Shown here: one piece after another, positions 9,166-18,710 of the stretch
Layout: every line of letters begins with the position of its first letter
How positions within the stretch are numbered: the stretch's first letter is position 1
Origin: Opitutales bacterium
GTDB lineage: Bacteria > Verrucomicrobiota > Verrucomicrobiia > Opitutales > JABSRG01
NCBI GenBank assembly: GCA_049599475.1
Contig: JBMYOQ010000001.1
Location: 96,500-160,499, forward strand
Length of the DNA stretch: 64,000 nt
Direction: 5' to 3'
The notes under the pieces: model-generated
The model's database searches: none
What the model was told of the DNA's origin: nothing
Seen by the model: only the letters and a program-made list of their open reading frames with translations
Translations under genes and position numbers: made by a program

Positions 9166-10580
9166 AACGTATCGTAATCCTCGTTTTCGAAAAAGCTGAG
9201 CTGCTTGATTTTTGCGGCCCATTCGAGATCATATCGACGCTTGAGACCGAGGATCTTGAGCCTGTGGAAGTGGTGCTCTGGAATCCGCTGGAGTCTCGGG
9301 AAATAAAGTCGGCAAACGGTGCCAGCGTGATTGCCGATGAGATCGGTGAGCTCGCTGAAGACTCTATTGACTTGCTTGTTGTTCCGGGAGGAGAGGGCTC
9401 GCGTACTTTTTTGCGCAATAGTCTAGCAATGGGGCGGCTCAGTGTCGCCTTTGGTCTAAGTGAACGCGTGTTGAGTGTCTGCACCGGTGCTCGTATTTTG
9501 GCCGCTGCGGGAGTGCTCAAAGGCTTGTGTGCGACGACTCACTCCAGTGCGCAAGTGGACCTCGCGGAAAATTATCCCGAAGTGATCTGGGATTTTTCAA
9601 AGCGGTTTCACGATAATGGAAAGTGGATTATTTCCGCAGGAGTTGCTTCAGGAATTGATGCTGCCTTGTATTGGTTGGGAAATACATTTGGCGAGAGCCG
9701 TCGGCGAGATGTCGCGCAGGCGGTAGAGGTTCCTCTTGTGGGGAATATGGCGATCTTCGGCGGCTTGGCCTATCAGATTGTCGATGCTTTCTGTACAGAT
9801 AAGTCCTTTTCGGGGAACCCGGCTGCTGTGTGTATCTTAGACGAATCGCTTCCCGATAGCATTTTACAGAAGATCGCTATGCAGCATAATCTCAGCGAGA
9901 CGGCTTATCTGAACTTTCTGGAGATACGTGAAGATTCGCCGGTATATGAACTGCGCTGGTTTACGCCGGAGGTAGAAGTTGATCTGTGCGGTCACGCAAC
10001 ATTGGCATCGGCTTCCGTTGTTTTTGATCTCAACGCGGCTTGGGAGCAGGTGATCTTTGTGACACGCAGTGGAGAGCTCCTTGTGAAAAAAGGTGCGGAG
10101 GGCTTAGAAATGGATTTTCCAAAGCTAAAATACGAGGCGGCAACCGAGGCTGATCTACTTGGAGTGGGTCTGCCAGGCGAAGTCGTAGAGGTCCAAACGG
10201 GTATGGATTTGGCGGTGGTCGTGAACGAAGCTCAAGCTTTGATGGATTGGTCGCCTAATCTCTCGGCGGTCGAAAAGTTGCCGTATCGAGGATTGATCGT
10301 TACAGCCAAGTATTCAGAGAATGGGTACGATTTTGTATCACGGTTTTTTGCTCCACAATCAGGTGTTCCCGAAGATCCGTTTACGGGGTCAGCCCACTGC
10401 TGGCTAGCTCCTTACTGGTGTGATCAGCTTGGCAAGGGAACGGTCACAGGATTACAGGCATCCAAACGTCAGGGCCGCGCAGTCTGTTCTGTGGTAGGTG
10501 ATCGCGTTTTATTGTCAGGTGCGGCTTCCTTATATTCGACCGGTTATATAGCGGTCGAGCGCCTGGTCGAAGACGAGTAG
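9162..10580 (+). CDS. DJ-1/PfpI (InhA-like) plus PhzF-family isomerase fusion
   Basis: N-terminal half ELLDFCGP, VPGG, SVCTGA, ATTH, SAGVASGID; C-terminal half VDAF..GNPAAV, NLSETA, VDLCGHATL, EDPFTGSAH; ATGA overlap with the upstream gene. Confidence 0.88.
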   Translation: MKRIVILVFEKAELLDFCGPFEIISTLETEDLEPVEVVLWNPLESREIKSANGASVIADEIGELAEDSIDLLVVPGGEGSRTFLRNSLAMGRLSVAFGLSERVLSVCTGARILAAAGVLKGLCATTHSSAQVDLAENYPEVIWDFSKRFHDNGKWIISAGVASGIDAALYWLGNTFGESRRRDVAQAVEVPLVGNMAIFGGLAYQIVDAFCTDKSFSGNPAAVCILDESLPDSILQKIAMQHNLSETAYLNFLEIREDSPVYELRWFTPEVEVDLCGHATLASASVVFDLNAAWEQVIFVTRSGELLVKKGAEGLEMDFPKLKYEAATEADLLGVGLPGEVVEVQTGMDLAVVVNEAQALMDWSPNLSAVEKLPYRGLIVTAKYSENGYDFVSRFFAPQSGVPEDPFTGSAHCWLAPYWCDQLGKGTVTGLQASKRQGRAVCSVVGDRVLLSGAASLYSTGYIAVERLVEDE

Positions 10581-10698
10581 GCCGTGTGTTGGGGTAGACT
10601 TATACGGGATTCGTTGAATTTCGGTGCTTATCGATAGGGTGAACTGCCTCGGTGAGCAAGCCGATCGAAGACCTGTTGAAAGGCTCAAAAACGGCGGC

Positions 10699-12222
10699 TC
10701 ACCTGAAAATTGCCTGTATTTCTGAATCCGATACTTTGTGAATGGCTCGGTACCCTGGGCCTGTTTTAGGCAAGCTGGCAAAGAATGCATCGGCGTTCGC
10801 GCTCTTTGAGAGTTCGAAGCCCAGCAGTGCACGTCCGACAATTTCGCCACTGTAACGATAGTTGAAATAACAGATATTGGCGTCGCCTTGGTATTGTTCA
10901 AGGAAGCCGGATAGGGCGCCCGAGCGCTCGTGGAATTCGAGCTTGAAGAAACACATTTCCCGCTCGGTATTTGGTTGGAAAGGCAGAATTCCGAACTCGA
11001 TCGCTAAATCGTAGTCCTTTGCCTCGAATGAAATGTCCTCTTTGCGGAGGGTGGCTTCCATTTCTGCAAATTTCTCCTCAGATGCCTCGATCCCGAGGAC
11101 GGGCGTGGCAGTTTCTGATTCTGTGCGCGCATATTGGAATTCGATGACACTGGCTCCTTGCGGAAAGCACTTCATCAGTTTGAGCAAAGTGCCGGGCTGG
11201 TCTCCGATTTCAAAGCGATAGAAGCGTTTGGAGGCGGAGGTTAGGAGGGCGCGAGCAGAGATCCGGCTAAGCATCGAGAGGTCCATATTTGCCCCGCAGA
11301 TGATGACTAAGGAATTACCGCCCTTTTCCTGAACGCCGTCTTCTATCGCTCCGGCAATCCCGAGTGCGCCTGACGGCTCCGGCGTGCACCTTAAGGTTTC
11401 CCAGCACAGCTTGATGGCTCCTGATACCACATCGTTGCTCACCTGGACCGTGCGGTCTACCAGCTTTTGGCAGTAGGCAAAGGTATTTTCGCCAGCCTTG
11501 CGGACAGCGGTGCCGTCACAGAAAACGTCGACGTAATCGAGATCGACCGGTTTACCGGCCTTGAGTGCTTCGTTCATGCTGGCCTGACGTTCGCCTTCTA
11601 CGCCGATAATTTCGATCCCAGGGTAATGCACTTTTAGCCAGCACGCGACTCCGGCGATCAGACCGCCCCCGCCTATTTGAATGTAGGCGCGATCAAAGGG
11701 ACCTTTGCCAGACATCACTACTTCGTCGGCAAGGGTGCCCTGGCCACCCATGACCGTTAGATCGTCATAGGCGTGGACAAATGTTTTTCCACTGCTCTTC
11801 TGCTCGGCGACTGCGGCGTCTAGCGCTTCGGAGAAAGTGTCTCCCTCCAGGCGGATCTCGACGTGATCCCCACCGTGTTTGCGGACCGCCTCCTGTTTCA
11901 TCCGAGGGGTGGCGCGAGGCATGTAAATGGTTGCCTGGGTCTCCATTAACCGAGCTGCCAAAGCGACTCCCTGAGCATGATTGCCCGCAGATGCAGTAAT
12001 GACGCCCTTCGCGAGAGACGCTTGGTCTAGGCTCGCCATTTTATTGAAGGCACCCCGCCATTTGTAGGCATGGATAGGCGAAAGGTCCTCGCGTTTTACG
12101 AAGACGTTTCCGCTAGAAATAATCGGAAGGATCTCAAGTGGAGTCGGCTGAGCGTAGCTATAGATGCGCTGCCGTGCGTTGAGAATTTCCTGAAATAGCG
12201 GGTCTCCGGTCAGAGGATTCAT
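10699..12222 (-). CDS. ilvA: Threonine ammonia-lyase, biosynthetic (with ACT domains)
   Basis: KREDLSPIHAYKWRGA, ASAGNHAQG, GGGGLIAG, C-terminal regulatory repeats. Confidence 0.92.
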   Translation of the reverse strand: MNPLTGDPLFQEILNARQRIYSYAQPTPLEILPIISSGNVFVKREDLSPIHAYKWRGAFNKMASLDQASLAKGVITASAGNHAQGVALAARLMETQATIYMPRATPRMKQEAVRKHGGDHVEIRLEGDTFSEALDAAVAEQKSSGKTFVHAYDDLTVMGGQGTLADEVVMSGKGPFDRAYIQIGGGGLIAGVACWLKVHYPGIEIIGVEGERQASMNEALKAGKPVDLDYVDVFCDGTAVRKAGENTFAYCQKLVDRTVQVSNDVVSGAIKLCWETLRCTPEPSGALGIAGAIEDGVQEKGGNSLVIICGANMDLSMLSRISARALLTSASKRFYRFEIGDQPGTLLKLMKCFPQGASVIEFQYARTESETATPVLGIEASEEKFAEMEATLRKEDISFEAKDYDLAIEFGILPFQPNTEREMCFFKLEFHERSGALSGFLEQYQGDANICYFNYRYSGEIVGRALLGFELSKSANADAFFASLPKTGPGYRAIHKVSDSEIQAIFR

Positions 12223-12368
12223 CCGAGGGAGGGTAAAAACGCTTAAAAACTTAGCAACGAATTACTACTTGTGTTTGCATTCATATCCATACTGGCCTGC
12301 TTAGCTTTGATTGAAAAAATAATTTTCTATCTGGGAATAACTTAGATTTTACCACCTCACACGGACCG

Positions 12369-12926
12369 ATGAAAAAGACTGCCTTAGCCTTCACCCTAGT
12401 CGCCGCCGTTCTTACTGGCGCTCAAATCGCTTCTGCTCAGGAAGCTCCTCAAATCAAGAAAAGCCCCGATGCATCCTTCACACAGACCGTGGGGCTGACC
12501 GAGATCACTGTAAAATATAACCGGCCCAGCGCGCGCGGTCGCGAGATTTTTGGCGGTTTGGTTCCTTACGACAAGGTGTGGCGCACGGGGGCTAACCAAT
12601 CTACAGACATCACCTTCAGTGCACCCGTTATGTTTGGCGGCGAGTATGTCGAAGCAGGCACCTATGGCCTTTACACGATTCCTGGAAAGGACGGATGGAA
12701 GGCGATTCTTTACAGCGATGCAGATCTCTGGGGGACGGGTCGCGACTATGATGCTTCCAAGGAAGTCGTCCGAGTGGATGCTGCAGTTTTTGAGCTTTCG
12801 CCAGCGTTGGAGACCTTTGCAATCGGAGTAAATGCCATCACAGACACCTCTGCGATCCTGCATTTTGACTGGGTAAACACTCGGGCAGGTGTAGAAATTC
12901 GTGTAGGTGAAGCCGTAATGAAGTAG
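12369..12926 (+). CDS. DUF2911 family exported protein
   Basis: Signal peptide; QTVGLTEITVKYNRPSARGREIFGGLVPY..VWRTGAN. Confidence 0.85.
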   Translation: MKKTALAFTLVAAVLTGAQIASAQEAPQIKKSPDASFTQTVGLTEITVKYNRPSARGREIFGGLVPYDKVWRTGANQSTDITFSAPVMFGGEYVEAGTYGLYTIPGKDGWKAILYSDADLWGTGRDYDASKEVVRVDAAVFELSPALETFAIGVNAITDTSAILHFDWVNTRAGVEIRVGEAVMK

Positions 12927-12972
12927 ACTTTCTTTGGAACCCCTGGCAGGTGTCAGGGGTTTCGTCATGTAC

Positions 12973-15432
12973 ATGGCCCGCATTATCTCCGCAATCTTGT
13001 TTGCATCCTCAATGGCTGCTTACGCAAATGTCTCTCCTAAAACGGTAGGAGAGATTCAGCACGGTATTCAGAAATTGGGTACCCTCGCGAGTGTCTTGTA
13101 TGTCGCTGCGCATCCCGACGATGAGAACACGCGGCTCATTGCTTACATGGCGAATGAGGCGAAAGCCGAGACGACATACTTATCTCTCACTCGGGGCGAT
13201 GGCGGCCAGAATTTGTTGGGCGATGATCTGGGGCACAAACTCGGCGTAGCCCGTACTCATGAGCTCTTGGAAGCCAGGAAAATTGATGGGGGTAAGCAAT
13301 TTTTCTCTCGTGCTAATGACTTCGGCTATTCCAAATCTGCAGTCGAATCTATCGAGATCTGGGGTAAGGACCAGGTGATGGCCGATACGGTGTGGGCGAT
13401 CAGAGTGTTGCGCCCAGACATTATTATTAACCGATTTTCTACCGAGCCGGGGTTCACTCATGGGCACCACACTGCTTCGGCTCAGCTCGCCGTTGAAGCC
13501 TTTGAACTAGCTGCAGACCCAGAGCAATTTCCAGAACAGTTGAAGTGGGTCGAGCCGTGGCAGGCGAAGCGCATTGTCTGGAATACGTCCACTTGGTTTT
13601 ACCGGAGGCGCGGGCTCGACTTCGACCCGCGTTCGATGGTCTCTGTCGATACCGGAGTGTATAATCCTACTTTGGGAATGGCTTATTCTGAGATAGCCGC
13701 CCTGAGTCGCAGTGCGCACAAGACCCAGGGTTTCGGCGCAACCCCGCGCTTGGGCGAATCCAAAGAATATTTTGAGCACATTCGTGGACCCCAAGCGGAA
13801 AGTGATCTCTTTGACGGGGTTGATACGTCTTGGACCCGACTCGAGGGCGGTGAAGGTGTTGGAAAAATGGTGGCTAAGCTTCAGTCATCTTTCGACTCCA
13901 CGCGACCGGAGGCCAGTGTAGGAGAGTTGTTGAGCATTTATAGGGCGATTGGTGAACTCCCTGATGGATTTTGGAAGGAAAAGAAAATGGCTGAGGTGCG
14001 GGACTTAATCTTCGCGTGCATAGGTCTGGATGTCGAATGGCTGAGTTCCGAGAAAGAAGGTACGCCTGGCAGTCAAGTGCGAGGCGAGGTCTTGGCTGTC
14101 CAGCGGTCCTCATTTGACGTCAAGATTCAGGGGTCTTCTACAGGTGATGCGAAATCGATGCGTAAGAATGTGCTCGTCAAACTTCCGCTTCCAGTGACTG
14201 TTTCAGAGGACGCTCCTGTTTCTCAGCCTTACTGGCTGCGCAAGCCCGGGACCCTCGGGGCCTATGTCGTGGACGATCAAGAATGGATCGGAATGCCTGA
14301 AGGCCTGTCGCCCCTGGCAACTCCAGTCACGGTGACGGTAGCCGGTGAAGCCCTTACCATTATTCTGGAGCCTGAATTTAAATACAATGATCCGGTAGAC
14401 GGGGAAGTGAAGGAGCGTTTTCAAATCACTCCTCCGGCGACGTTGAATTTGGATGAGCGCTTGCACATCGTGAGCTCCCCTGAACCCATCAGTGTCGGCG
14501 CCACTCTGCAGGTACGTGAGGATACTGCTCAAGGTGCTTTAGAGTTTAAGGCGAATGATGGTTGGACTGTGTCGCCGGAACGCGTGGAGTTTGAAGGGAA
14601 GCAAGGCGAAGAGATTCGTATTGAAACCGAGTGGGTCCCCTCGGGTGAACCGGGTCAAAGTAGTTTGCTCGGTAGTGTCCTTCTGGATGGAGAGACGATT
14701 GATGTCGGCTATGAGCGCATGGAATATGACCATATTCCGGTCCAGACATTCTTCCCCAAAGCAGAAGCGAAGGGTATCCTTCTCGATGTCGAAAAGCGTG
14801 GGGAGCGTATTGGGTATATTGAAGGGGCTGGCGATGCCGTGCCTCAGGCTTTGGAGCGAATAGGGTATCAAGTAGATATGCTCACCGAAGCGGATCTCAG
14901 CTCTGATGTCTTGGAGCAGTATGATGCGGTTGTTCTCGGTATTCGTGCACTCAATACAATTGATCGTATCGGGTTTATGATGCCAACCTTGTTTGATTAC
15001 GCGAAAGCTGGAGGGGTGTTGATACTTCAGTATAACACAGGGCACCGCTTGAAGACTACGGACTACTCGCCCTTCAGATTGAACATCTCGCGTGATCGCG
15101 TAACGGATGAATTTGCGGCCGTGGAGATCTTGGAGCCTGAACACCGGGTGTTAAATTACCCAAATAAAATAGGCGCCGCTGATTTTGAAAACTGGGTGCA
15201 AGAGCGTGGGCTGTATTTCCCGAATGCATGGGGTAAAGAATTTACTCCAATTTTTTCTATTGCGGATCCTGATGAATCGCCGAGTGAGGGTAGCCTTCTA
15301 ATAGCCAAATATGGCAAGGGATTTTATGTCTACAGTGGACTATCATGGTTTCGTCAGTTGCCGGCTGGCGTGCCCGGAGCGTATCGTATCTTTGCAAATA
15401 TCGTATCTTTAGGTAAGGCAGTAAATGAGTGA
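12973..15432 (+). CDS. Secreted multidomain PIG-L/LmbE deacetylase
   Basis: Signal peptide, AAHPDDE, TRGDGGQN, DFGYSK, HGHH; long C-terminal region that looks Ig-like then GATase-like. Confidence 0.88.
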   Translation: MARIISAILFASSMAAYANVSPKTVGEIQHGIQKLGTLASVLYVAAHPDDENTRLIAYMANEAKAETTYLSLTRGDGGQNLLGDDLGHKLGVARTHELLEARKIDGGKQFFSRANDFGYSKSAVESIEIWGKDQVMADTVWAIRVLRPDIIINRFSTEPGFTHGHHTASAQLAVEAFELAADPEQFPEQLKWVEPWQAKRIVWNTSTWFYRRRGLDFDPRSMVSVDTGVYNPTLGMAYSEIAALSRSAHKTQGFGATPRLGESKEYFEHIRGPQAESDLFDGVDTSWTRLEGGEGVGKMVAKLQSSFDSTRPEASVGELLSIYRAIGELPDGFWKEKKMAEVRDLIFACIGLDVEWLSSEKEGTPGSQVRGEVLAVQRSSFDVKIQGSSTGDAKSMRKNVLVKLPLPVTVSEDAPVSQPYWLRKPGTLGAYVVDDQEWIGMPEGLSPLATPVTVTVAGEALTIILEPEFKYNDPVDGEVKERFQITPPATLNLDERLHIVSSPEPISVGATLQVREDTAQGALEFKANDGWTVSPERVEFEGKQGEEIRIETEWVPSGEPGQSSLLGSVLLDGETIDVGYERMEYDHIPVQTFFPKAEAKGILLDVEKRGERIGYIEGAGDAVPQALERIGYQVDMLTEADLSSDVLEQYDAVVLGIRALNTIDRIGFMMPTLFDYAKAGGVLILQYNTGHRLKTTDYSPFRLNISRDRVTDEFAAVEILEPEHRVLNYPNKIGAADFENWVQERGLYFPNAWGKEFTPIFSIADPDESPSEGSLLIAKYGKGFYVYSGLSWFRQLPAGVPGAYRIFANIVSLGKAVNE

Positions 15433-15535
15433 TTCCAAAAATCCAATTCCATGGGGAATGATTTATAGCGCGGTGCTGGCATGGCTCGTCGTTGTGATTG
15501 TGCTCATGTATGTGTTCTCGAAGGTGTTTTCATGA
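15425..15535 (+). CDS. 36-aa single-pass membrane protein, probable symporter partner
   Basis: MSDSKNPIPWGMIYSAVLAWLVVVIVLMYVFSKVFS*; overlaps the upstream stop and shares an ATGA junction with the symporter. Confidence 0.75.
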   Translation: MSDSKNPIPWGMIYSAVLAWLVVVIVLMYVFSKVFS

Positions 15536-17217
15536 GTGTCGTGGATTGGATTGTCCTCGTGGGGACTGTGTTGGGGATTGTCTTATACGGCGTCTGGGTC
15601 GGACAGCGTAATCGGAATTTAAATACTTATTTGCGCGGTGGTGACGGGCTGAAGTGGGGGACGATTGGCCTCTCGGTGATGGCCACACAGGCCTCCGCCA
15701 TCACCTTTTTATCTACACCAGGACAAGGCTATGAGAATGGACTGGCCTTTGTGCAAAATTATCTGGGGCTGCCCATTGCTCTGGTGATTATTTGTCTCTT
15801 TTTTATCCCGCTCTATTATAAGCTGAATGTTTCCACGGCCTACGAGCTGTTAGGGCAGCGGTTCGACCAGAAAACACGGCTTCTTGGGGCAGGTTTGTTT
15901 CTCGTGCAACGAGGGTTTGCCGCAGGGATCACCATTTATGCGCCAGCCATTATTGTTTCCACGCTCTTTGGCTGGGGGCTAAATATGACCATCGTAATCA
16001 CGGGTGTGCTGGTGATTTTATACACGGTCTCAGGAGGGACGCGTACAGTAAGTCTCACTCAGAAATACCAGATGCTCGTGATACTGATAGGGATGACGAT
16101 TGCCTTTGGGTATGTTATCGCAGGTTTGCCACAAAACATTTCTCTAGGAGATGCCCTCTACTTAGCAGGCGTCCAAGGCCGACTCGAAGCAGTCAGTTTT
16201 TCCTTTGATCCGGAAGAGCGTTATACGATTTGGACGGGTCTTCTCGGTGGAACCTTTTTGGCGCTTTCTTACTTCGGTACGGATCAATCGCAGGTTCAGC
16301 GATACTTGGCGGGCGGTTCGTCTGTGGCAAGCCGCCTGGGGCTGATGTTCAATGCTGTATTGAAGATTCCGATGCAGTTCGCCATTTTGCTCTTGGGTGC
16401 TCTTCTGTTCGTATTCTATCAGTTTGCGGGCTCACCGGTGTTTTTCAACGAAACTGCTCTCGATGGTATTCCTGAAGAGCGTTTGGTGGAAATTCAGAAT
16501 GAGTATGATGCAAACCAGGAAACTCGGATACCTCTCTTGCACGATGTGCTGGAAGAGCGAAAGACCTTGGGTGAGCCTACTGACGAAACCTTGGGATATC
16601 TCGCGAGTGTCAATGACAAGTTGGATTCGAGCCGCGAGGAAATACGCGAGGAGATAAAACAGGTAGATGCTAAGGCGGACACGGAAGATGCTGATTATGT
16701 CTTTCTTACATTCGTGCTTAACAATCTTCCTGTGGGGCTGGTCGGCTTGCTCGTGGCAGTGATTTTCCTTGCTGCGATGTCCTCGACGGCGTCTGAGCTA
16801 AATGCTTTGGCTTCTACAACAATGGTCGACGGCTATCGTGCTCTAATCCGAAAGAACGAGAGTGAGACGCACTACGTGTGGGTGGCGCGGGCTTTGACGC
16901 TTTTCTGGGGGGTGTTGGCTGTGGGGTTTGCCATGACTTTGACGCTCTTCGACAATCTCATTGAAGCAGTGAACATCATCGGTTCATTGTTTTACGGAGC
17001 GATCCTGGGGCTCTTTTTGATCGCATTCTTCATACGCTGGGTTGGCGGAAGTGCCGCATTCTGGGGTGGCGTTCTTGCAGAATGTATCGTGCTCGGGCTG
17101 TATTTCTCTGAGGTGGATATCGGCTACCTATGGTTTAATATGATTGGCTGCGGGATTACAGTTGTCCTAGCCATGGGTTTTCAGACCTTATTTTTCAAAA
17201 GTCCTCAGGAGGCCTAA
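15532..17217 (+). CDS. Sodium:solute symporter (SSS) family transporter
   Basis: ATQASAITF, TDQSQVQRYL, AAMSSTASELNA; many TM segments; start at MSVVDW. Confidence 0.92.
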   Translation: MSVVDWIVLVGTVLGIVLYGVWVGQRNRNLNTYLRGGDGLKWGTIGLSVMATQASAITFLSTPGQGYENGLAFVQNYLGLPIALVIICLFFIPLYYKLNVSTAYELLGQRFDQKTRLLGAGLFLVQRGFAAGITIYAPAIIVSTLFGWGLNMTIVITGVLVILYTVSGGTRTVSLTQKYQMLVILIGMTIAFGYVIAGLPQNISLGDALYLAGVQGRLEAVSFSFDPEERYTIWTGLLGGTFLALSYFGTDQSQVQRYLAGGSSVASRLGLMFNAVLKIPMQFAILLLGALLFVFYQFAGSPVFFNETALDGIPEERLVEIQNEYDANQETRIPLLHDVLEERKTLGEPTDETLGYLASVNDKLDSSREEIREEIKQVDAKADTEDADYVFLTFVLNNLPVGLVGLLVAVIFLAAMSSTASELNALASTTMVDGYRALIRKNESETHYVWVARALTLFWGVLAVGFAMTLTLFDNLIEAVNIIGSLFYGAILGLFLIAFFIRWVGGSAAFWGGVLAECIVLGLYFSEVDIGYLWFNMIGCGITVVLAMGFQTLFFKSPQEA

Positions 17218-17220
17218 GGA

Positions 17221-17994
17221 ATGTCAGAACCGGTAATATGTTTTGGTCAGCAACCCTGTGGATTTTTTCCCCGGCGCTTCTTGTGGTCCAAGATTTTGAC
17301 TGCCCGGCGTCTTCAATCGGAAATTGGTGGGCGCATTGTATTTTTCTACCATGACAGCGATCACGATCCGCGAGAGACTCAGACATTTGTCTGTAATAAG
17401 GATTCAGGCGCTGAACAGTGTCTCAATTTTACCTTCAAGAATAAGATCCAGAAAAAATATACGCCACTCTATGCTAAGGAACTCGTGGATGGATGGCAGC
17501 GTGATATGGCGCGACAGATGCCCAAGTTTGCCTCGGATACATGCATACAGTGGTTCCGAGATATTGACGCTACCAACATAGCGGATTTTTGCTTAGAGAT
17601 GTATGAATCGATGGGTATCTTGGACGGGGTGGACGTGGTGAGGTCGAGCGATCCGGAATTCCGTGAATCGGCCTGCACTGTGGATGATTACTTCGTCGAT
17701 ACCGAGTATGAAGGCGAGTGGGTGCGTGCGCGTCTCGCGGAGGCTGGGGCACTGCAGTTGCACCGCGGCGGTGGAAAATTTATCGAACTGAGTGGGCGCT
17801 CGTGGACTGCCGAACATATCAGTCCCACTCGGGATACGCGTCTTTTATGGATGCAGTCGGTGATCCAGTGCACCCATTACATCGCGGGAGCTGGCGAGCT
17901 CCAGTATTTGAATATGGACGAAGCGCCTGAAATAGAGTTTGTTACCCGTGATCCCATTGAAAATGCCTCGGCGGCATACATCCCCGAATCATGA
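17221..17994 (+). CDS. Compact BshC-like protein (bacillithiol cysteine-adding enzyme family)
   Basis: GQQ..F, K, VFFYHDSDHD and YIAGAGELQY resemble BshC GQQ, FWxxxEDHD and YxGGPGExxY; adjacent to bshB1-bshA. Confidence 0.65.
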   Translation: MSEPVICFGQQPCGFFPRRFLWSKILTARRLQSEIGGRIVFFYHDSDHDPRETQTFVCNKDSGAEQCLNFTFKNKIQKKYTPLYAKELVDGWQRDMARQMPKFASDTCIQWFRDIDATNIADFCLEMYESMGILDGVDVVRSSDPEFRESACTVDDYFVDTEYEGEWVRARLAEAGALQLHRGGGKFIELSGRSWTAEHISPTRDTRLLWMQSVIQCTHYIAGAGELQYLNMDEAPEIEFVTRDPIENASAAYIPES

Positions 17995-18707
17995 GTGAGC
18001 CCAAGACCATCCTTGCTGTTGGCGCGCACCCGGACGACTTAGAGTTTGGCTGCGGTGGCATCCTGTTGAAGTCGGTTGGGGGCGGAGCACGCGTGCATTG
18101 CGTCGTCACTTCGCTTGGAGAGTCTGGCTCCGCTGGGACTCCGGAGCTTCGGAAGGTCGAAGCCCAGGAGGCCGCTCAGATGCTTGGACATGCGTCGGGC
18201 CCGCAGTTTTTGGACTTTGGCGGAGACGGCATGCAAATAGCCAGTAAAGAGAATGTGCTAAAAATCGCGCGTATCATTCGGGAGGTGAAACCGACCCATG
18301 TGTTGGCGCCGACAGTCGTGAAAAATCAACATCCCGACCATGTCGTAGTGGGTGAGGCTGTGCGAGAAGCCTGCCGCCTGGCGCGCTACGGTGGATTGGC
18401 AGTCTTGAAAGATCTCCCAGTTCACCGTGTCGAAGTGTTGGGGTATTACACCATTACTTCATCTGAAGAGCGCCCATCTGGCACGCGGATGTGTATTGAT
18501 GTCAGCGAAGTTTTTGATGACTGGCAGAAACTGATGGCCTGCCATCAAACGCAGGTGTCTGCTCGGGGGTATATTGAATTGATCAATGCGCGGGCTCGCC
18601 AATTGGGCATGGCTGCGGGAGCAGAGTATGCGCAGGAGATTTATCTCAACGATCCTCCGCTAGTAGAAGGTTTCGAAACAATCGAGCGTACTTTGCGTTC
18701 GTTTTAG
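17991..18707 (+). CDS. bshB1: Bacillithiol biosynthesis deacetylase BshB1-like (PIG-L family)
   Basis: GAHPDDLEFGCGG, GESGSAGT...R, HPDH; directly upstream of bshA. Confidence 0.8.
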   Translation: MSEPKTILAVGAHPDDLEFGCGGILLKSVGGGARVHCVVTSLGESGSAGTPELRKVEAQEAAQMLGHASGPQFLDFGGDGMQIASKENVLKIARIIREVKPTHVLAPTVVKNQHPDHVVVGEAVREACRLARYGGLAVLKDLPVHRVEVLGYYTITSSEERPSGTRMCIDVSEVFDDWQKLMACHQTQVSARGYIELINARARQLGMAAGAEYAQEIYLNDPPLVEGFETIERTLRSF

Positions 18708-18710
18708 AGT

